From the NCBI GenBank assembly GCA_028534125.1, contig CM052817.1, positions 77,874,001 to 77,938,000 of the forward strand: a stretch of 64,000 nucleotides of DNA, written 5' to 3'. This document shows positions 27,601 through 37,035 of this stretch, piece by piece (within the stretch, counting starts at the first letter, position 1; every line of letters begins with the position of its first letter). The position numbers and the translations under genes are program-made. The DNA comes from Lama glama (taxonomy: Eukaryota). Under the pieces are notes generated by a model that was not told the DNA's origin, ran no database searches, and saw nothing but the letters and a program-made list of their open reading frames with translations.

Positions 27601-30600
27601 ATGGAGATGATTTCAAATTTAGTTTTTAATATGCTGAGTCTGAGTAGATCTGGGATAGCCACATTAAGGCATCGAAGGAGCCACTCAGTATATGAGCCCA
27701 GAGTTAGAAGAGGTTAGTTAGTCAATTACACAAAGGTTATTACTGAACCCATGCACATGTAAGAGATCAACTAGAGAGACTATAGGAAGAGGGCCTCACA
27801 GATTGAGTCCTGAATTAATCTTAGAAATTGGGATAGTGTATTCAGGAATCAGCAGTTTTTTGTTTCTTGGGATAGAAAATAATTTAGAAATATTTAAGGC
27901 TTGTGGGCTAACTAGGTTACAGTCTTTTTTTATTTTTTAATTGAAGTATCATCAGTTACAGTGATCAATTTCTGGTGTACCGCCTCCATGTCCCAGTCAT
28001 GCATATATATACATACATTCATTTTCCTATTCTTTTTCATTAAAGGTTATTACAAGATACTGAATATAGTTCCCTGTGTTATACAGAAAAAAATTGCTTT
28101 TTTAATCTATTTTTATATATAATTGTTATCATTTGCAAATCTCAAACTCCTAGTACATAGTCTTTTTAAAAACAACCCTTTAAAAATATAAAATATTCTT
28201 AGCTTGCAGGTAATACAAAAATAGGCCACTTGCTGGATTTGGCCTGTCAGCCTTGCTTACCCCTGGCATATATGAACAACTTTTATCAGTCTAATTCTGA
28301 AAAGGAGAGATTAGATGGTAATTTGAAAATCTAGGGTAGGTGATAATTTTTTTCCCCATTTAAAATTGCAGAGAAATGAAACCGATGGGAATAATCAAAA
28401 CAAAGAAGTTGACAGTACAAGAGAGAAGGAATAGGGTAAAGTTCCTAAGTAGGCTAGAGGAATGGGATTTAAAACAGACTGAACAATTTGCCTGTAAAGA
28501 GCAATCCCTCCATTTTAACTAGCAAGAAGTTAAATAAGAAGGTCTAGATACATCTAAGGTGAAATGCCATTAGTCTCAAAGGAGACAACCCAAAAACCAG
28601 TAGCTTAGGCAAGGCTTGCTTCTCCATCAAATTATGAAGACATAGATGCATAGTTGCCTAGAGGTTCCATGCCAGATAATCTGAGTGCAGCCCTATGAAT
28701 GACTATGGGTGATTTAGCCCTCAAGTTAATGAAAATAAAATGATGTAATTTTAAAAATGAAACTATTTGAAACAACAAAAAATGATTCATAAATTTTAAA
28801 ATAAAAAAGATGAGGACCATAGTGTTTTTTTACAACTAGTATTTTAGAAGATCAAATGGATAGCTAGGGAGAAATATCCTACAACAGAGGAAAATTAGAA
28901 GTGAGAATTCTAAAAGGAGAGAAACATGAAAGAGAAACTAACAAGAATTTTAGAAGAAGAAAAGGAATAGATGGAAAACAAATACTGATCCAACAATACT
29001 GTAACTTCTTGAACTAAAAGGAAGAAATGAGTGTTCAGATACAAAAAGGCTTACTGACTCACAGGCAGAATTTTTAAAAAAGATAAATAGAAATAGATGA
29101 AAAGTAAGAAAATCTTAATGGGTACTCTATTATTTAGTAGTTCTTCATTTTTTTTCTTTTTTTTTAAGTTTAGTTCCCAGGCTGAATTCAGTTTTAATTT
29201 CTTGATCTTAATATAACGATGGCTTTAGACTCCAAGCAATTACAAAAAATATATTAAGAATACATAGTGGATTTTTCTCAGATAATGAATACCGTCATAA
29301 CTGCGTAAAATTCCAGTGTGTCCCATTAGGTTACATAAACTGCAATAGTCATTTTAAAGGAGTTGATGGAGATTGTTTTGTTAAGTCATATCAGATTCCT
29401 AACATTAAAATATGCAGCCAACTCAAAATGTGGTGGGGTAATGGTGGGATTTCTTCAATTTATATATCATTTGTTTCCTCCCAATTGATTCACTATATTT
29501 GAGACAGTGGTGTATTTTACACCACTATGCTCAGAGCTGAAAAATGATCACTAAGATGCTAGAAAATGTGGATCCTAGAAGGTCTGCAAAACTCAAAACT
29601 GTTTCCATCAATTAAATACCTTTTAGTTGTTCCACGACATTATTTAAGTATTTTATGAGCTCAGGATCAGTGGTTACAAGCAAAGTGAGTCCATATTTCT
29701 GCACTCGAGTAAAGGTTTCAGATGGATATATGCCACGCTGATATAAAATGCTGTTGATGCCAAATGCTGAAAACAAAAGAAATGTTACAGCAAGGTCATT
29801 ATCACTTTGTAACTTAGGAAAATAAAACATAGTTAGCTGTGGCTGTAGTTTCAGTAATGGTGTAAGGCTGCAGATGTCTAAACACAGGTGTTTCTGCGTG
29901 TTTTGCTGAAAGCTGAGTAGGTACAAAGTGGCATTAAAAAATCCTTAAAATTTTACTTTTAAGAGAGAAAGCGCCTGCAAAAAAAAAAAAAGGTATTTAT
30001 GTGACAATGAAAGATACCAAACTGCATTGATCTACTGCTGCCAAATTTCATTTCATTGTAGTACAATACGAAATTCAGATTATATGGTTAAAAGATGTCA
30101 AAATAGGCAACTGATTGGCAGTCCAGTGCCCCAGGCAAGCTTCTCCCTGTCTCTTTTCCTCCATTTCTCCTCACAAGTCCTGTCAGGTTCTATCAGAAGG
30201 TACAACCGGCCTGGTCCAGAACAGTGCTTCCGGAAATCTAGTCCCATCACCTTCAACTCCGGATTCACCTGGGGAGGGGGCGGGGGAAGGAGGATCTGCG
30301 CTTTAAAGAAATGCTCCTGGCGAAGGGGCTGCGCCGCGAGGCAGGCCTCCGCAGCCCTAGGCCTCCTCCACCATTAGCAATGCGTCCAGAAGTCGCGCCT
30401 GCACCCGCCTCTTCCCCGATTCCTCCTGCAGGCTGAGAGGGCCTGAATTCGGGGCCACTCGGGCCCACCCGGCTTCCCCGCCTCGGAGGCCAGCCGCGGG
30501 CCTACCAGGCGGCCTGGGCTCAGTTCTCCCCGCCCTCCGGCTGCGCGAGGAGGACTTACAGAAGAACTCGGCCACGATTTCGGCGCTCCCGCGCAGGGTG

Positions 30601-30632
30601 ATGCCTTGCTCCCGGGAGAGCTGCAGCGCCAT
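24518..30632 (-). CDS. MAD2L1: Mitotic spindle assembly checkpoint protein MAD2A, complete 5-exon CDS: join(complement 30560-30632, 29620-29766, 26561-26681, 25403-25506, 24518-24690), 205 aa
   Basis: Manual splicing gives 73+147+121+104+173 = 618 nt, open throughout: MALQLSREQGITLRGSAEIVAEFFSFGINSILYQRGIYPSETFTRVQKYGLTLLVTTDPELIKYLNNVVEQLKEWLYKCSVQKLVVVISNIESGEVLERWQFDIECDKTAKDDSAPREKSQKAIQDEIRSVIRQITATVTFLPLLEVSCSFDLLIYTDKDLVVPEKWEESGPQFITNSEEVRLRSFTTTIHKVNSMVAYKIPVND*. Recognised as mammalian MAD2L1. Confidence 0.99.
25403..25506 (-). CDS. MAD2L1: MAD2L1 exon 4 (APREKSQKAIQDEIRSVIRQITATVTFLPLLEVS)
   Basis: Acceptor CTTCTTTGATAG| and donor CTT|GTAAGT; 104 nt; translated by hand. Confidence 0.97.
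26561..26681 (-). CDS. MAD2L1: MAD2L1 exon 3 (WLYKCSVQKLVVVISNIESGEVLERWQFDIECDKTAKDD)
   Basis: Acceptor TATTGCAG| and donor CAG|GTAAGT; 121 nt; absent from the ORF track, translated by hand. Confidence 0.97.
26830..27815 (-). mobile_element. L2 LINE fragment in MAD2L1 intron 2
   Basis: Typical L2 phrases: agaccatgcaaggccatgtgggcc, aagcagggtatgaagtaattagacttgtatttcaaaactatcattctgga. Confidence 0.7.
27843..28266. mobile_element. MER58-family hAT MITE interrupted by a short L1
   Basis: caggaatcagca... left end and acaaccctttaaaaatataaaatattcttagcttgcagg...ggatttggcc...cccctg right end. Confidence 0.65.
27925..28150 (-). mobile_element. Young, severely 5'-truncated L1 3' end (camelid-like)
   Basis: T-rich tail, then ttgaagtatcatcagttaca...ggttattacaagatactgaatatagttccctgtg...catttgcaaatctcaaactcc; flanked by degenerate direct repeats ending in agtcttttt. 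Confidence 0.8.
29620..29766 (-). CDS. MAD2L1: MAD2L1 exon 2 (FGINSILYQRGIYP...VVEQLK)
   Basis: Acceptor TTTGTTTTCAG| and donor AAG|GTATTT; 147 nt. Confidence 0.98.
30560..30632 (-). CDS. MAD2L1: MAD2L1 coding exon 1 (MALQLSREQGITLRGSAEIVAEFF)
   Basis: ATG in a strong Kozak context (GCCATGG) at 30632; donor T|GTAAGT after 30560; 73 nt. Confidence 0.98.
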
Positions 30633-30699
30633 GGCCAGGCTCACGGACGAAGGCACGCGCTTCCACCCTGCAGACAGCGACACCAGGGGCTTCCAGCGC

Positions 30700-30850
30700 A
30701 GTTCCCCGCCACTCGTTTCAAAAGTAACGACGCAGGACGCCGTGGGGCTCTTCGCGCAGGCGCGGCGAGCCTTTGAGCCCCGCCCTACGCAGGGAGGCCC
30801 TGCCCCTTTTTTCCGCTGTCGCCCGAGCCGGCTATTGGCGCAGGCGCAGT
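30700..30850 (-). promoter_or_regulatory. MAD2L1 core cell-cycle promoter motifs
   Basis: E2F-like TTCCCCGCC at 30702-30710; CHR TTTGAA (minus) at 30717-30722; NRF1-like GCGCAGGCGC at 30754-30763 and 30838-30848; GC box near 30778-30785; CCAAT (minus) at 30834-30838. Confidence 0.7.
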
Positions 30851-31592
30851 GGGTAGGCAAGGTCTGGCTAGTCCTGGTAAGGAAGCTCGGCAGGTTGCCT
30901 GTTGTGCGCTGGACCCCAGGGAGGAAGATGCTGGATCCCGTTTTAGTGGCTGCTCCCTCCCTAGGTCTGCGGACAAGAGCGAACAAGGAGTACAATTTCT
31001 AATCTGAAAGATCTTTTGAAAATAATGCGAACGGTCCGCCAGCTGCACCTTGAGTGGCCCCAATGATCCTTCGTGGGCGATGGAAACTCCCTAGATGTTT
31101 TGGGAGCTCGTAGAGCAACTGCGTGCGAGGCAGCCCAGCCACAGTGTGGGAGCACGGCTTCTCCTGAGAAAAAGAGGGATTAAAGGGACGTTTAGGAATT
31201 AAAGAGACGTACCGCATCCATTTCTCTGTCCTCTGTCAGCCTGGACTCAGCTCGCCTCTACCCGCCCACCCCGCCGAGCCGCCATGAGGCTGAGTCTGGG
31301 AGCAGCAGGGGGCTGCGCCTACTGGTCCAGTTTGAGCTCTGTATACCCTGCCCACCTTTAGGCGACTGGTCAGGAAAAAGGTGACCTCGAGTTTTTCAGT
31401 GAATTTTGACTAACAAATTTAATGACTTTTAATGTTAGGATGAGAAGTATTAAGGAGGTAGTGCACAGTGTTCATGTAAATTGTGAAACAATTTTATTCT
31501 TAAAGCAATTGGATAGGTTATTTGTAAAATGGAGTCTGAAAAACTTAACCACTAGACATACTGTTACTTACTTATATGAGAAAGTTCCTGAG

Positions 31593-32118
31593 TGTATTAG
31601 TTTTCTATTGCTGCATAACAGATTACCACAGATTAGTGTTTTAAAGCAAGACTTATTTATTATCTCAGTCCTTAGGTCACGAGTCTGGGCATGGCATAGC
31701 TGGGTGCTCAGTCTCACAAGTTTGAAGTAAAGGCATCTGTCTGCACGTAGGATCTCATCTAGAATCTGGGGTCCTTTTCTGAGCCCCTTGGTTCTTGGCA
31801 GAATTAATATCCTTGTGGTTCTTGGACCGAGGTTCTCGTTGACTTGCTACCTGTTGGCCGGAGGACAGGCTTGTGCTTTTGCTAGGTAGCCCTTCTGTAG
31901 GCCTTCACTTCCAGCCTCTCTGACTTCAGGGAGGTTCTTTTTAAGGGCTCATCATATTAGGTCAGACCCGGTCGGATGACTTCCTCTTTGATGAACCTAA
32001 TCCTCAAAGTATATCTCCTCATAATTACAGGTCTTGCTATACTCAAGGGGAGGTATATAGGATATGCTCCCCAGAGACCACACATTTTGGAAGCCATCTT
32101 AGAACTCTGCCTATCACA
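31593..32118 (-). mobile_element. MLT1 (D/E/F-type) MaLR solo LTR
   Basis: tgtattagttttctattgctgcataacagattaccaca... to ...gccatcttagaactctgcctatcaca, with TG...CA ends. Confidence 0.85.
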
Positions 32119-33300
32119 ATGTTATATATCAGATTTTGGTCAGTTTGAGGAGTGAAACAGGTATAACAGGTAATAAGCTGGCTTGACCTAGTAAAATATT
32201 TTCCTTACATCTTTTAGTCTCTGTGGTACATGTGCAATAGTGTGTTTAAATCACCATCTTTTCACTCCTTCCAACAGTATTTTGGGTTAGAGCCAGAATT
32301 CTGGCATCACCCTGATAGGGCATGATGCTCACCCTACTCCATATAGAAATTGTCTCTTTTTCTAAGATACTTACTACTCAGCACTTCAGGAAAGACTTCC
32401 TTCAGTTTCATAATAATACAGTTTGTAAATTATCTGAACAAACAAGTAATTTTTAGTATGATTTTGGACATTCTGGAATTTAAAAGGCTAGCAAAATAAG
32501 TGAAATGTCCTTGTACAGAGGAAGTATTTGTTAATGTTTTTTGTGTTCAATGAGGAGATATAAGAGTTAAGGTTCAGAAGACATGGTCTGTACTTTTTGA
32601 GTTTATAATCTAGCTTTGTTTAAACATATGTAATTTTTAAAAAGTTGAAGGCTCACATTTGATCTTACCTGGCTCTGCCTATCTGGGCAGCCCTCTTTCA
32701 GTTTACTGTCCTAATCTGCCTACTTCTTTAGTAACTTTTCCAACTCAAGGCTTTTGATAATGTGGATTCCTTTGCCCAGAAATTTCATTTTATTTGTTTA
32801 AATTTCTGATTATATTTATAATTTTTAAACTTAAATGTTAATGCATTAAAGAAACTTTCTTTGATCCCTCAAACTGTAAGTTCCTGCTCATGCTTTCTCA
32901 TAGCATCTCCTAGTGTTGTTTTAGGGCATTGCTTTCATTGTTGCAATGAACACAACTACATTATCATTATTTAAAGATTTGTTTTATATTTTCCTGTTTT
33001 GGCCGAGGTTCACGATGACATTTAGTGGGTACTCCAGAAATATTTGTTCAATTAATATTTTAGTATTTGCCTAGGAAAACTTCATGGAAGAACCCAAAAC
33101 ATTTTCTAGTTTGAGAGCAGGTTGGATGGATGAAGTGATGCCACTTTTAGGGAGCTTTGAATACCCATCTGAGTTAACTGAACTGGAGGTACCAGGGATT
33201 TTTAAATTCTTAGGACTGATGTAATTAAAGGGGCATTTTTTTCCCCCAAGTGTAGATTCTGTAAGGATTGTAGAATAGATTATATACAGGACCATGTAGA

Positions 33301-33740
33301 GTGGTGGTTCTTAAACTTGAGTATATGAAAGATGACTTGGGTATTTTGCAAAATATGTAGATTCCTGGCTTCTATTCCCCCTTTTTAAAGTCTGGTTCAG
33401 TTCAGCACCACAGCCATTAACTACAGGTGACACTTAAGTACTTGAAATGTGTTAGTCCTAACTGAGATGTACTACAGGTATAAAGTTTTTAACTGATTAC
33501 ATATTAAGATGATATTATACATGCATTGGATTAAATAAAATATATTAGTGGAATAATTTCACTTTTTTGTTTTTAGTTTTTTTTTATCAATCTACCAGCA
33601 CATTTAAAATTACATAAGTGACGTGTTACATTTATATTGGATAGTGCTGGTCTACTGCACGGGCTATAAGAAATGACATGTTGTAACCAGCATTCCAAAT
33701 GATTATGATGCAAGTTCTTAAATCACTCTTTGAAAGGCAG
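33301..33740. mobile_element. MER5-type hAT MITE with a nested MER33/MER3-type MITE (about 33403-33650)
   Basis: MER5 start gtggttcttaaacttgag...tgtagattcctgg; inner element agtacttgaaatgtgttagtcctaactgagatgt...catttaaaattacata...atattggatagtgctg. Confidence 0.65.
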
Positions 33741-34722
33741 TAAACTGTGATGGATATTTTAGTAATGCAGGCCTAGGAGGTTGAATTGCTGGACTACATA
33801 GATGATAGAGTTTAAATAAGAAGGTATATATCAGAGCAAGATGTTTTGAAGAAATAATTGAGTTTTGATGACTGACATGGAGGAAGAATGAAATGGAAGT
33901 ACAGAATCCAAGGGGGCAAGCTTGCAATATATGGTAGTGTTGGTCAGGGGATGTCAGGAAGAGCTGCTCAAGATTTGAGCCTGTCCTACTTCTTATTTAT
34001 CACTATTAACACTCATGATTCTAGAAGCTTTTTGGAGGGACTTCTTTCCCATTAACTTTTGGGTACATGATTTGACATTGACCTCATCTTATCAAAATCA
34101 TGCATACTCATCTTTACGGAAGGTTTTTTAAAAACTTGTTTTCAGTTACTTGAGTTTACTAAGTTTACTTTTGTTCATAATTCAGTGAAGTCTTTCTAAT
34201 GTGTATTGTTTAGGGGAAGATTCTTCAGCCAGGGAGAAGTATAAATTAAGATATATTTCTGAATAAAATTCAAGCAGAATATATAACTAGACAAATCAGT
34301 ATTAATAAAAGAGGTAACTACGGAAACATAAGTCATAAATGGGCCTGCATTCCATATTATGATGCTAAAATCAGAAGTACTTGTACAAATTTCTAAAGGT
34401 AGAATCAAATGGAATTTTGGACAGAAAATAACTTAATAACTTAGTTGGACAATCCTACAGATTAGGAAACTGAGGTCCAGAGTCACTAGATAGTCTAAGA
34501 TTGAATATCTGATTAGTAGATTTGGTAGTAGGATCTAGGGTTCCTGACTTAGTTTCTCTTAAAATTATTTCTATTTGAAGACATACCTGAAAATCCTCTT
34601 ATTTTTAAAATATTAACTGGTTTTAGCCTCAAGATGTTCAATAACCTCTTAACTTGACTTGCCAAGAAAATGGCAGTTACAATCCGTAATGAATTTTATG
34701 CCCATACTCAAATAGTTTCAAT

Positions 34723-34741
34723 TGCCACAAGATGGCACTGT
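34723..34741 (+). promoter_or_regulatory. Candidate CTCF site
   Basis: tgCCACAAGATGGCACtgt closely fits the CTCF core CCASYAGRKGGCRS and lies in apparently non-repeat sequence. Confidence 0.55.
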
Positions 34742-36239
34742 TTACATGTGAAATAATACCATTAAAACTTCAGCCTGAGAGTGTGTGTGCGCGTATGTGC
34801 TTTAGTTTAAAGTGAAATGAGGAAGAAAGAATTTAGTGATTTCTAAGGTACTTGTATATGTGGAATACATCAGAATGAAATATTGAATCATAATATATTA
34901 CTGAACTGACATCCTTCTTTTAAATATTATGCCTGTATGCATACACACATGCCTGAAAACATATTTATTTACATTTATATTTAATTTGCGTATTCGTTTT
35001 TACGTGGAAAAGATAACATTTTAAGTAGTTGAATTATTATTCTGATAGACTTATGTCAGTTTTCCGTCAAATTGCCCGATGTTATTTTATTACTTGAGTC
35101 CAATATCTTGAAATAGAACATTTTATTCTAAATCAGGGGTACTTATCTTTGTGATAATTTTAATAAGATATTCATCTACTAAATTTAGATAAAAAAATCC
35201 TGTCCACATAGATATTTATGTCAGTTTGGGAACTTGCTTTCTTTCAAAGAAAGGCTGCTGTCATAAATCTTAGTTATTCTTTTTCTTATTTCATATAGAT
35301 CATTTCTCATTTGATGCTAAGAGCAAGAATTAAAATCAGAAATTTTCTACTGTGATTACTTAAGGTTTATTTTGTAGATCTAATGAATGTTTACATTTTT
35401 CATAAACTTAAAAATTAAATTGCATAATGTAAATCTCCTAAAGATCTATTTTCCCCAAATACTTCCCTCCAAAGGACTCTTTGATTGTTGACCCACGTGT
35501 TCAAAATCATAGAACAAAGTTCAATCATGACATTTTATTAATAAGCAATGGCTTAATATAGTTAACAAATATATCTCTACTTGCATAATTCATAATTTTT
35601 AATGATCCAGTTGCATATGTAGGATATTAAAATTTTATCTTTATTGAAAATTCAGTACAAATATTATTGAACCATATTAAAAAGTTCTTATAATGAGAAA
35701 TGTGGACTGTTCTTATCAGGAAGCATTGCTATGTTGTATTATTTAATTATAATTCTATTATGTTAGTAATATATAGTCACTTAGAAGTCTTCCATAGATC
35801 AACAATGGTTAGACACCAGAAGGCATAAATTAAAAAGTAAGTAATAATCTTATTCATATTTAATCTCCAGAAATTCTTGGATGGAATATTTATATATGTG
35901 TGTGTGTGCATGTGTATATGTGTGGGTCTAATATATATATACATATACACACATGAAAAATGGGTTCTTCAATCAGTTGGAATTGACAGCAGAGTATATT
36001 TTAAAATATAATTGCAATCAAAACAACTCAGAACAGTTTCTCATATGGAAACTACTTACATCAAGCCTCTGTGAAGAATTTAAAGCTATGGTTGCAATTC
36101 AGTTATTAAAAACAGACTTTATATTAAATGATTTTATAATTACATATTAAATGTGGTTAGATATTTTATGTCTATAGTACATTTTAAGCTTATTGCTTCT
36201 GAATCTTTTGTATGTAGGATTATTTTTATTATTGCTTAA

Positions 36240-36739
36240 NNNNNNNNNNNNNNNNNNNNNNNNNNNNNNNNNNNNNNNNNNNNNNNNNNNNNNNNNNNNN
36301 NNNNNNNNNNNNNNNNNNNNNNNNNNNNNNNNNNNNNNNNNNNNNNNNNNNNNNNNNNNNNNNNNNNNNNNNNNNNNNNNNNNNNNNNNNNNNNNNNNNN
36401 NNNNNNNNNNNNNNNNNNNNNNNNNNNNNNNNNNNNNNNNNNNNNNNNNNNNNNNNNNNNNNNNNNNNNNNNNNNNNNNNNNNNNNNNNNNNNNNNNNNN
36501 NNNNNNNNNNNNNNNNNNNNNNNNNNNNNNNNNNNNNNNNNNNNNNNNNNNNNNNNNNNNNNNNNNNNNNNNNNNNNNNNNNNNNNNNNNNNNNNNNNNN
36601 NNNNNNNNNNNNNNNNNNNNNNNNNNNNNNNNNNNNNNNNNNNNNNNNNNNNNNNNNNNNNNNNNNNNNNNNNNNNNNNNNNNNNNNNNNNNNNNNNNNN
36701 NNNNNNNNNNNNNNNNNNNNNNNNNNNNNNNNNNNNNNN
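36240..36739. other. Assembly gap (500 N)
   Basis: Run of N. Confidence 1.
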
Positions 36740-37035
36740 AGGTGGGACTGCAAGTTCTCACCCCCTAATCACAAGGTTAGTTTTCCTGGCAACCAGCACG
36801 CTTGGGTGAGACCCAAAAGTTACCTTCCCTGTAGCTTTCTCTGGAACTGAGGACAGGAGACCAAATACTATCTTTTTGCTCTTATTGATCAGGAAATTCC
36901 AACGGTTTTGGGGGCTGTGATCCAGAAACTGTGGATGAAGACCAAATATATATCGCTACGTATATGTATTTGGTCACCATGTATATATGTTTATGTTTGT
37001 ATTTCTCACATATTGTTTTTCTATAAATTACAATA
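36740..37035 (-). mobile_element. MER21/MER77-like ERVL LTR fragment, truncated by the gap
   Basis: ggtgggactgcaagttctcaccccctaatcac...caggaaattccaacggtttt...aagaccaaatatata. Confidence 0.65.

Larger units (their letters stand above)
30200..31370. promoter_or_regulatory. CpG island covering the MAD2L1 promoter, exon 1 and the start of intron 1
   Basis: Sharp rise in GC content and CpG density against an AT-rich, CpG-poor background; boundaries estimated by eye. Confidence 0.9.

Noticed and set aside
30271..30293. G-rich tract ggggagggggcgggggaaggagg as a G-quadruplex; similar tract at about 39494-39507
   Set aside because: Only three runs of three or more G, so not a canonical four-tract motif; such tracts are common in CpG islands.
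30357..30995. 212-aa minus ORF containing MAD2L1 exon 1 in frame (apparent N-terminal extension or intron-1 read-through)
   Set aside because: It starts at a non-ATG codon upstream of the core promoter motifs, and stop codons are naturally scarce in CpG islands. The real ATG at 30632 has a strong Kozak context and gives the known protein.
30598..31002. 134-aa plus ORF and other short ORFs across the promoter
   Set aside because: GC-rich shadow ORFs with no recognisable domain.
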